Shown: positions 21,896 to 33,800 of the stretch, in pieces
How the letters are laid out: the number at the start of each line of letters is the position of its first letter
How positions within the stretch are numbered: position 1 is the stretch's first letter
Assembly: GCF_006345805.1 (NCBI RefSeq)
Contig: NC_043023.1
Span: 3,782,001-3,846,000 of the forward strand
Direction: 5' to 3'
DNA length: 64,000 bases
Source of the DNA: Octopus sinensis
Lineage: Eukaryota
Notes under the pieces: generated by a model
Told to the model about the DNA's origin: nothing
The model's input: only the letters and a program-made list of their open reading frames with translations
The model's database searches: none
Program-made: the position numbers and the translations under genes

Positions 21896-24800
21896 GTAAT
21901 TAAACAAATAATTAACAATCCACCTTGACCTAAGCTTTCCCTGCTCTTTATTATCAAGCTTTGCCTACTGTAATTTCATTGTCCCAAATCACCCCATAAT
22001 GTTGTCCCAAATTACCCCATCCTTTTGTCCCGAATTATTCCCTTTTCTTTTTGCTTTCAAAGTATCCCTTATTATTCCATCCTTTTGCTCCACGTTACCC
22101 CTCTTTTTGATTTCAAATTACCCCTTTCGTTCCATATTACCGTGCTGTTTTATCCCAAAATACATCCTTATTCGTTCAAAATTTCCCTCTATTTTGTCCC
22201 AAATTACCCCGTTTTGTCCCAAATTATTCCCTCTTCTTTTTGGTTTCAAAGTATTCCTTTTATCCCTTAATTATTCCATCCTTTTGCCCCACGTTACACC
22301 TCTCTTTGATTGCAAATTAACCCTTTCGTTCCATATCACCGCGCTGTTTTATCCCAAATTACATCCTTAATCGTTCAAAATTCCCCTCTATTTTGTCCCA
22401 AATTACCCCTTGTTTTGTCCCAAATTACACCATCCCTCTATTTCAAATTACCCCTTTCGTTTCAAATCATTTTCGTGTTGTCCCAAATTTCTCCCACTTT
22501 TTATCCCAAATTGCCCCTTCTTGCGTCTCATGTTCCTTCGCTTTCAATAAAAACACAAAAACTCAGACATATCACAAGAAACATCTGTTCCCCCAAAATT
22601 TCCACAATCCTTGCCTTGTTTCTTTTCCCCTTTTAATTGCGTTTACAGTCCCCTAATTTCTCCCAAATTACCCCAAATTCTATGTACCCTCGCCTTTTAT
22701 CTTACTCCCGTCACATTTTTTGTCTATTTTTTATAATTCCTTTCACATTTAAGACACTTTATAGGAACATGAAGGAACACCAATGCTTGACTAGTACATT
22801 AATTTAATTAACCGACCCCCGGAGGGTTCAAATCGCAGTACTACTTAAGAAGAGTGGTCCCGGTGCGCGCAGTCGCGTACTCGCGCATCCGCGCTAGCTG
22901 GACGTGGGATCTTTTCGGTTTCAACGGCAGTTTTTTCTATCGGGGTTATATGAAATTGTCACCCATAATTATGACCCTAGTATCGATCTATTGCATTTCA
23001 ATCTATTTTAGGGTTAGGGATGGGGGGAAGGGTATCTTTTTTTTTTTCAGAAATGTAAATAAACCCAATCTGTTTCTTAAACGAGGGACATATTCATACG
23101 GCACAGAATGTTTTTTTTTTACCTCAATAGACGTCATTGATTGGTTGAAATTGCAGAAATTGAAGAAAAAACAACAACAAATATGTTAGAAACTATAGAA
23201 TTTTCTCAATAAAGCCAAGAGAAAAAGATGTTTTATAAACACATTCTACCAGTATACGAAGTTTAAAAGTGTTTAGTTACGTCGAAATTATTTCAAAAAC
23301 TGCCGGTCAAACAGTACCAGTAAGGCGACGATAGTAACGATCACGCTCAAATGGGGCTTTTTACGTGCCCACCGGTTCAGAACCCAGACAGCTGCTCTGG
23401 CAGTGATCCCGCTCAGATGGAGCTGTTAGCGCTCCACTGGCATGGGTGCCAGTCATCGAATTTGGTTCAATTTCGATTTCACTTGCCCCAACAGGTTGAT
23501 AAAATAAGTACCAGTTGAGCTTTGGGGGATCAATAAAAGGAGTATCTACGGATTACTGGGGTCGATAAGATGAGTACCTGCTGAGTACTGGGGTTAGTAA
23601 GAGGAGTATCAGTTGAGCAATGGAGTCAATAAAAGGAGTACCAGTCAGGCTGTGTGATATTGACTTATCCATTTCCCTAAAATTTCTGACCTCTGCCAAG
23701 ATTTGAAACCATATTCTATATTGTCATAATGTCTCCCCTCTCTCCTCTTTCTACACTATGAAATGTGTTTCTGTAATGTATTGAATGTCTCCTCTTCTCA
23801 GGTACAAGGCCATACTGGAGTCCATTATAAAGATAGAGGGAGAGGATCTGATACCTTCATTACATACTTTTGTGGATGCACGTAAGTAGGAGTTTCTGTT
23901 ATCTCTGTGTCGTAGTGTAATGCAATGCCGTGGAGTTTGGTGTTGTCTTGTATGGAGTGTTGTGGTATAGTATATTGAAGTGTGGTATGGTGTATGTTGT
24001 GGTACTGAATATGTGTGGTGATGGTGCAGGTGTTGGGGTGCAGTGTTGGGGTGTGGTGGTGTTGGGCAGTGGTGGCACAATGTTTTATTGGTATTGGGGA
24101 GTGGTGATGCACTATTGTAATGTTGGTGGTGTTGAAGAAAGGTGGTGGTATTAGGGAGTGTGTGGTGCAGTGTTGTGATGGGATGTTGGAGAATGGTTGT
24201 AATGGTATGAGGAATTAGTGGTGGTGTGATGTAGTATGGTGGTGGATGTGTGATGTAGTGTTATACAGTGTGTGTGTGTGGTGTGATGTAACCTTGTTTG
24301 TAGTGTGTGGTATGATGTGATGTAGTTTAGTACATAGTGTGTGCTACAGTGTTGTGGAATGTAATGTAGTCGAGTATGTAGTGTATATTTGAGTGTACTC
24401 TAGCATGTAGTGTAGTTTGATGCAGTCTCTGATGTGTGACCACTCTTGCCAAAATCCACCACCTCAAAATACATTGTTCTACACACTAAGCCAGATGTTT
24501 CTGTCCTTCACATATCATTTCAGTTGTCAACGAGAACATCAGTTTGGTAATTTCTAGACAGATTCTCACAGATTTTTGTAACCACCTCACCAAATTACCT
24601 GACCCAACAGCTAAAGATGTGGCTAAGTTCACCTTGGAGAGAGTATATACCAGAGTTATTTCTTTTGAAGAACAAGTAAGTTGCCATCCACAAATCTCTA
24701 TTCTTTCTCTCTCTCTCTCCATTCATTTTTCATTCTTCTTCCAATTCTTTTTTTCTACTCCTTGTTGTTCTGGGTTCAAACTCACTGCATGATATCTTAT

Positions 24801-27800
24801 ACAAACACCTACTAAAGCTTTGGATTTCCTTGGTATGGGGAAACTGTGCTGAAGTTCATTCTGTATGTATCCACAATATACAATGGGCTTCTTTGGGTTT
24901 CTGTCAACCAAAACAACTTACAAGGTTTTGTTCAGACGCAGGGCTAAAATAAAAGATTTTTGTCCAAGGGCCTGTGCAGTGAAACTGAACTTGAAATCAC
25001 ATGGTTAGAAAGCAAGCTTCTTAACCACACAGTCATGTCTGTGCCTATATATATATATATTCTTTTACTCTTTTACTTGTTTCAGTCATTTTGACTGCGG
25101 CCATGCTGGAGCACCACCTTTAGTCGAGCAACTCGACCCCGGGACTTATTCTTTGTAAGCCCAGTACTTATTCTATCGGTCTCTTTTGCTGAACCGCTAA
25201 GTGACGGGGATGTAAACACTCCAGCATCGGTTGTCAAGCAATGCTAGGGGGACAAACACAGACACACAAACGCACACACACACACACACATATACATATA
25301 TATATACATATATACGATAGGCTTCTTTCAGTTTCCGTCTACCAAATCCACTCACAAGGCTTTGGTTGGCCTGAGGCTATAGTAGAAGACACTTGCCCAA
25401 GATGCCACGCAGTGGGACTGAACCCGGAACCATGTGGTTGGTTAGCAAGCTACTTACCACACAGCCACTCATGCGCCTATATATATATATATATAAATTA
25501 AGAAATGAAGTCAAATGCAGGTATTATTCAAATCTTTATACTTCCGACATATGTTTCGAAGAAAACATTGGTATTATTCTGGAGGGAAAAAAATGATGTA
25601 AAACAATGCAATAATCTCATCAGGGAAAGACAGTGAAGCAAAACACATCAATGAGCCATTTAACAGAATGTGATTACCGTGTATATGATGAAGGGGAACA
25701 CTGGCAAGTTATTTTTTAAAAAAACGCGGACATGTATAGTCTTGAAAGAAATGAAGCTAGTATGCTTGCTGGATGTCCTATGTTACTGTGAATGTACAAC
25801 AGAGTGGAAGTGATTTGAGAGAAAGGTTGGGCATAAGAGGCATCAAATGCGTGCAAGAGAGACGACTGCACTGGTATACTCTTTTACTTGTTTCAGTCAT
25901 TTGACTGTGGCCATGCTAGAGCACCACCTTTAGTCGAGCAAATCAACCCTACAACTTATTCTTTGTAAGCCTAGTACTTATTCTATCAATCTCTTTTGCT
26001 GAACTGCTAAGTTATGGGGACGTAAACACACCAGCATTGGTTGTCAAGCGATGTTGGGAGGACAAACACACACATATATACATATATATGACAGGCTTCT
26101 TTCAGTTTCCATCTACCAAATCCACTCACAAGGCTTTGGTCAGCCTGAGGCTATAGCAGAAGACACTTGCCCAAGGTGCCACACAGTGGGAATGAACCCG
26201 GAACCATGTGGTTGGTAAGCAAGCTACTTACCACACAGCCACAGTCATGTGATGCATATGGATGAAGACAGCTGTGTGAAGAAGTGTTGATGTCTAACTG
26301 GAGGGAACCTGTGGAAGGGGTAGACCCAAGAAGACATGAGAAGGGGTAGTGAAGCATGATCTTTGGAGGCTGACAAATGGCCAAGACCTTTGGTGATATG
26401 TCATGTTTGAGAAGACACATCAAGCCAAGTGAAATTGTAGTTGTGGACAATGCTGGTGTCATGTAACTGGTACCTATGCTGGTGGTACATAAAAACACCC
26501 ATTATGCTCTTGGAGTGGTTAGTGTTAAGAAGGGCATCCAGCAATAGAAACTATGCCGAATCAGATTGGAACTTGGTGCAGCTCTCTGGCTTACCAGTTC
26601 CAGTCAAACTATCTAATCCATGCCAGATAAACACAGACACAAGGACACACACACGATGGGATTCTTTCAGTTTCTGTTTACCAAACCCACTCACAAGGCT
26701 TTGGTCAACTTGAGGCTATAGTAGATGATGAGGTGCCATACAATGAGACTGAACCCAAAACCATGTGGTTGGTAATCAAACTTCTTACCACACAGCCACA
26801 CCTCATACACACACACACAGAGAATGGGTGGGCTTCTTTCAGTTTCTTATTTCTTTATTGCCCACAAGGGGCTAAACATAGAGGGGACAAACAAGGACAG
26901 ACACAGGTATTAAGTCGATTACATCGACCCCAATGCATAACTGGTACTTAATTTATTGACCCTGAAAGGCAAAGTCGACCTCGGCGGAATTTGAACTCAG
27001 GACGTAGCGGCAGACGAAATTCCGCTAAGCATTTTGTCCAGCCTGCTAATGTTTCTGCCAGCTCGCTGCCTTCCAGTTTCTGCCAACCATACCCACCTAC
27101 AGGCTTTGATTGGCTTGAGGCTATAATAGCTGACACTTGCCCAGGGTACCACACAGTGGGACTGAAACCAGAAGCATGTGGTTGGGAAGCAAGGTTTTTG
27201 TCACTGCAATCCATATGCTAAAAGGTTACTGAAATAAGTACCGGGGTTGATTTGTTTGACTAACGCTCTTCAAGGCAGTGCCCCAGCATGGCCGCAATCC
27301 AATGACTGGAACAGGTAGAGGACAACACAATATGGAAAGGACTGGCTTATTTAGTTGTAGAAATTGTTGCTGTTGGCGCAGGAGCGGGTGCGTGGTAAGT
27401 AGCTTGTTTACCAACCACATGGTTCCAGGTTCAGTCCCACTGCGTGGCACCTTGGGCAAGTGTCTTCTGCTATAGCCTCAAGCCGACCAAAGCCTTGTGA
27501 GTGGATTTGGTAGACGGAAACTGAAAGAAGCCCATCGTATATATGTATATATATATATAAATAGGCACAGGAGTGGCTGTGTGGTAAGTAGCTTGCTTAC
27601 CAACCACATGGTTCTGGGTTCAGTCCCACTGCTTGGCACCTTGGGCAAGTGCCTTCTACTATAGCCTCAAGCTGACCAAAGCCTTGTGAGTGGGTTTGGT
27701 AGACGGAAACTGAAAGAAGCCCGTCGTATATATGTATGTGTGTATTTGTGTGTCTGTGTTTGTCCTCCTAGCATTGCTTGACAACCGATGCTGGTGTGTT

Positions 27801-30800
27801 TATGTCCCCGTTACTTAGCAGTTCGGCAAAATAGACCGATAGAATAAGTACAGGGCTTACAAAATAAGTCCCGGGGTCGAGTTGCTCGACTAAAGGCGGT
27901 GCTCCAGCTTGGCCACAGTCAAATGCTGGTGTGTTTATGTCCCCATCACTTAGTGGTTCGGCAAAATAGACCGATAGAATAAGTACTGGGCTTACAAAGA
28001 ATAAGCCCCGGGGTCGAGTTGCTCGACTAAAGGTGGTGCTCCAGCATGGCCACAGTCAAATGCTGGTCCCCATCACTTAGTGGTTCGGCAAAATAGACCG
28101 ATAGAATAAGTACTGGGCTTACAAAGAATAAGCCCCGGGGTCGACTTGCTCGATTAAAAGGTGGTGCTCCAGCATGGCCACAGTCAAATGACTGAGACGA
28201 GTAAAAGAGAGAGAGAGAGAGTTGTTCTTCTTGTTGTCATGATTGTCCTGTATTTACTGCAGCTTTTGCTGTTGTTATCTTTCTAGGTTGCTTCGATCAG
28301 ACAACACTTGGCCAACATCTACGAGAGAGAGAAGATATGGGCAGAAGCAGCCCAGGTACTAGTTGGGATACCACTGGAAACCGGACAGAAGTAAGTTACC
28401 CCTTGTTTTTTTTTGTTTTTTTTTTTTGTTTAAGCCCTGCTCATTTCTGATCCATTCGAGCAGTGGCTCTCGACAAGGGTCCACATGGCCTTTGCAGGGG
28501 TCCGTAATAAAATTTTGTTAAAATTTGTCTGCTGTGAATTGGTTTTATTTTTACATTGCTCTTTACTCGTTTCAGTCATTTGACTGCGGCCATGCTGGAG
28601 CACTGCCTTTTAGTACATGCATAATACATGCATATATATACGACAGGCTTCTTTCAGTTTCCATCTACCAAATCCACTCACAAGACTTTGGTTGGCTCAA
28701 GGCTATATTAGAAGACACTTGCCCAAGGTGTAACGCAGTGGGACTGAACCCGGAACCATGTGGTTCGTAAGCAAACTACTTATCACACAGTCACTCCTAC
28801 ACATATATATATATATATCTGTGGGTACGTGTCCCCTGCCACTACTTGACAACTGGTGTTGGTTTACTCTTTTACGTGCTGGAGCACCGCCTTTGGTCGA
28901 ACAAATTGACCCCAGGACTTTATCTTTGTAAGCCTAGTACTTATTCTATCGGTCTCTTTTGCCAAACTGTTAAGTTACGGGGACATAAACACCAGCATCA
29001 GTTGTCAAGCAATGTTGGTGGGGAACAAACATACACATACACACGACGGGCTTCTTTCAGTTTCCATCTACCAAATCCATTCATAAGGCTTTGGTCAGCC
29101 TGAGGCTATAGTAGAAGACATTTACCCATGGTACCACACAATGGGATTGAACCTGAAAGCTACTTACCACACAGCCACTCCTGCTCCTTGTGACCCTGTG
29201 AATTTTATGCCTCTGATCTCAATATTTTCTGTGTCCCCTTTCACTAAGTGTCATACCCTTCTACTCTGCCCTGCTCTGGCCCTTTTGTACTCTTTACACT
29301 AACTCTGTTGTGTACTCTCTTTCCTATACTCAACAGACAATACTCTACCGACTACAAACTCAAGACCTACCTGAAGATTGCCCGTCTTTACCTGGAGAAC
29401 GAGGACCCTGTCCAAGCAGAGGCCTACATCAACAGGGCATCCCTCCTGCAGGCTGATTCACAGAACGAGGAATTACAGATTCGTTATAAGGTAACGACTT
29501 ATTAATTAATTGCTTTAATTGGAACCAGTAATAGAATACATGTTGGGTGATGCAGTAACTATTTGACCAAAATCTTTTTGTCTTGGATCTTTTATTTTCT
29601 TTCAGCTATTGGACTGCGGCCATGCTGGGGCACCACCTTCAATGGTTAAGTCGAACAAATCAACACCAGTGCTTAATTAAATTTTTTTTTTTTTTTGTTT
29701 AAAGTTTTGTACTTACTGCATTGGTTGCTTTTGCTCAACTGCTAAACTATGGGGGACATAAACACACCAACATCGGTTATCAAGCAGTGGGGTGAACAAA
29801 AACGTATGCATGTATATTTATTTACTTTTTATCTACTTGTTTCAGTCATTTGACAGCAGCCATGCTGGAGCACTGCCTTTAGTCAAACAAATTGACCTCA
29901 GGACTTATTCTATTGGTCTCTTTTGCCAAAATGCTAAGTTATGGGGATGTAAACACACAAAAATTGGTTGGGTGGTGGGGACAAGTACAGAGAACTCCAA
30001 CAAATATATATATATATAAATAATGAGGGAGATAAATTAATATTAATTTTAATATCAATTTAAAACCAGTAGTCTAGCATACAAAAAATCTGAAAAATCA
30101 GAGAAAATTCTAATACATGTGTATATTGGCAGGGCAATTATATATAATTATATGTCAAATGATGCCACCCCATTGGCTAGGTAAGCAAGCCAACACTCCC
30201 CCTTGAGCGAAAAGGGATTGGAGCAACATAAAATGAAGTGTTTTGCTCAAGAACACAACACGCCGCTCCGTCTGGAAATTGAACCCATGACGTGGTGGTC
30301 GTGAGTGGAACAGCCTAACCACTAGACCACAAACGTATACAGGCACACGATGGTCTTCTCTCCACGATGGTCTTCTCTCGGTTTCTGTCTACCAAATCCA
30401 CTCAGGGGGCTTTGATCAGCCTGAGGCTATGGTAGAAGACATTATATATATATATATATATCACTTATGAAATAAGACGCATAAATTATAATGGTTATTG
30501 ACAATTTTGTCTTTTTTTCGGCACATTTGGAATTAGAATTTTTCTTTTGCCCTTATTTCATAAGTTATTTATAAATTTAACCTTTAAAGGTATTTTTTGA
30601 TATGCTGGCCATTGATAAAATTTTTTTTGAAAAAAAAAAATGTTATCCCACGTTAGTTATATACATATATATATGTATATACATACGGCAGGCTTCTTAC
30701 AGTTTCCGTCTACCAAATCCACTCACAAGGCTTTGGTCAGCCCGAGGCTATAGTAGAAGACACTTGCCCAAGGTGCCATGCAGTGGGACTGAACCCAGAT

Positions 30801-33800
30801 CCATGTGGTTGGGAAGCCATGCTGCACATATATATACATACACCATCATCATTTAATGTCAGTTTTCCATGCTGGCATGGGTGGACAGTTTGACAGGTGC
30901 TGGCAAGCCAAAGAACTGCATCAGGCTTCACTATCTAATGGTTCTGCCAGCTCGCCGCCTTGATATGTATATGTGTGTGTATATATATATATATATTGTG
31001 TTGGTGCCACATAAGCACCCGGTACATTCTGTGGAGTGGTTGGTGTTAGGAACAGCATTATTATATGGGAAAAGCTTCTTGAAGATGAAAGGAAAGGTTT
31101 ATCAGAGTTGTGTAAGATCTGCAATGCTGTATGGGAGTGAGACATGGTGTCTGAGGGAAAGCGAAATGGCAATTTTGAGAAGGACTGAGGGAGCAATGTG
31201 TGGTGTGAAATTATTAGGTAAAAGGGGGAGCTGAGGACTTGACGGGGATGCTGGGGTCAGAGGAATCGGTGGGACAGCTGGTAAGGGTGAATGGAGTGCA
31301 GTAGTATGGGCATGTGTTGAGGAGGGATGAGGATCATGTTCTGAGGAGAGTGCTTGAGTTTAGGGTGAATGAACTGCAAAAGTGGGGTCGACCAAAGAAA
31401 ACGTGGAGGAGACAGGTGGGGGGGGACTTGAGTGGGGAGATCACCCAAAACCGGGCAAGATTGTGTGATAGTGGTTGCTGTAAGAGTGAGGTAAATCCCC
31501 CCCCCCCACTGCTATTAACAGGGATAAACCCGGATTTAAAATAGAATTCATTCATATATGCATACATACATCTTGCAATCACATGACTGACCAGACTATC
31601 AGATGCTGTTACACATCGCTGGTCACAGTGCACTTTGCATTGTTTCAGCCATCAAATGATGCCACCCCACTGGCTAGGTAAGCAAGCCAACACTCCTCCT
31701 TGATCGAAAGGCGACTGGAGCAACATGAAATGAAGTGTTTTGCTCAAGAACACAACACGCCGCTCAGTCTTGGAATTGAACCCATGACGTGGTGATCGTG
31801 AGTGGAACAGCCTAACCACTAGGCCACACACATATACAAACATACAGACACACCATGGTCTTCTCTCGGTTTCTGTCTACCAAATCCACTCAGAGGGCTT
31901 TGATCAGCCTGAGGCTATAGTAGAAGACACTTGCCCAAGGTGCCACGCAGTGGGACTGAACCCAGGATCGTGTAATTGGGAAACAACCTCCTTATCACAC
32001 AGCCATGCTAGCACCTGACTATTCTTTCAATACCATACCAAATAATATTTAATCATAGCAATATAATAGGATATTTTTAAACATTGAATGGGTATGAGGG
32101 TCCAGTAGAGTAAAATAGGCATCTAAAGGGTCCACAGGCAAAAAATGGTTAAGATCCCCTGTTTGAAACGAAAAGGCAAAGAGAAATAACTCTATATGGT
32201 AAGTGATGTGTATTTGCGTCTCTTAATGGGATGGAGGGCTTGAATCTTAGATTATCTCCCCTTCCCGTACAGAGCTGCTTTTCATTTGGCTATTGTGAGA
32301 CGTCCTCAGGAGGCAGACAGACATGATTTTGATACTCTATCAAGGATTTAAGCTGCATGACACTTGATATGGTTGTTTTTGTCTACACACACACACACAC
32401 ACACTCTCACATATAGATGCATATATATATATATAGGGAAAGTTTACGAAAATAAACAAAAGACGAAGGCAGGTGGAGTACAAACAAACAAATGTATTAG
32501 TATAGCACTCAGGAATAGAAATAGAAAAAGTCTTTTACATTTCGAGCCTACGCTCTTTGACAGAAAGATACACAGAAAAAAACAAGGAGAGAAAAAAATG
32601 CGTGTAGGAGCTAACGATCTATCATATATATACATATGTGGAGGCGCGTGGCTTAGTGGTTAGGGTGTCAGCATCATGATCGTTAGATTGTGGTTTCGAT
32701 TCCTGGATTGAGCAACGTGTTGTGTTCTTGAGCGTGTTGTGTTCCGTCCAGCTGAGGAACATATACGCCATGGAAAGCGGGAAACTGGGTCCATGAGCCT
32801 GGTTAAGCTTTAAAAGGGTGCATTAATTTATTTATTTTATATATATGTATTTATATATATAAAATACAAAATTGGACAAGAATGCAAAACATCTGGACAA
32901 CTAGGTGACACAAAAAGGGACAACAAACCATCCAGATAGACGATACAAAAAAAGAAAAACAAAGACAGGTCATTCGAAGCTTTCTATCCTCAGTCAAGAA
33001 CCAGATCATCCTTGCAATTTCGGCTGATTAATCTTGAGATTGCTCCAATCTGGCCAGCCCCAAGGAAAAACTAAGCATTAGATTCCTTGGAAAAAGGATC
33101 GAATGTATACGAAAACAAGGACGGAAAAATAGATGATGTTACACAAATATAAATACAATATACACACACACCAAATCAACTCAGGGCTTTGATCAGCCTG
33201 AGGCTGTGGTACAAGATGGTTTCCTAAAATGCCACTCTGAGGGACCGAACCCAGAACCATGTGGTTGGTAAGCAAGCTACTTATTTCTTTATTGTCCACA
33301 AGGGACTAAACATAGAGGGGACAAACACAGACAGGCAAAGGGATTAAGTCGATTACATCAACCCCAGCGCGTAACTGGTATTTAATTTATCGACCCCGAA
33401 AGGATGAAAGGCAAAGTCGACCTCGGCGGAATTTGAACTCAGAACGTAACAGCAGATGAAATACCGGTAAGCATTTCGCCCGGCATGCTAACGTTTCTGC
33501 CAGCTCGCTGCCTTGTGTGTTAAGAAGTTGTGTGGTTAGGAAGCAAATTTCTTACCACACAACTACATCAGTGCTGATATATATATATATATATATAAGC
33601 AACAATTTAGATTCAAATGAATATGGTACTTAATTTAGATGCACCAGAATTTTGTAAAAGTTTGCGGGGTGATTATAATAAAAAATAAGCAACAAGAATG
33701 ACTCCGGTAATTTGGTACAATTGTTTCGCACTACATCATTAAATTAAAAGCTGTAAGTATTACAGCAGATTTAAGATGCTGAGTACTCTTCAGCCAATTA

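Noticed and set aside
27830-28200. Triplicated SINE A 3' end
   Set aside because: Ordinary local slippage or duplication of a SINE tail, with no further structure.
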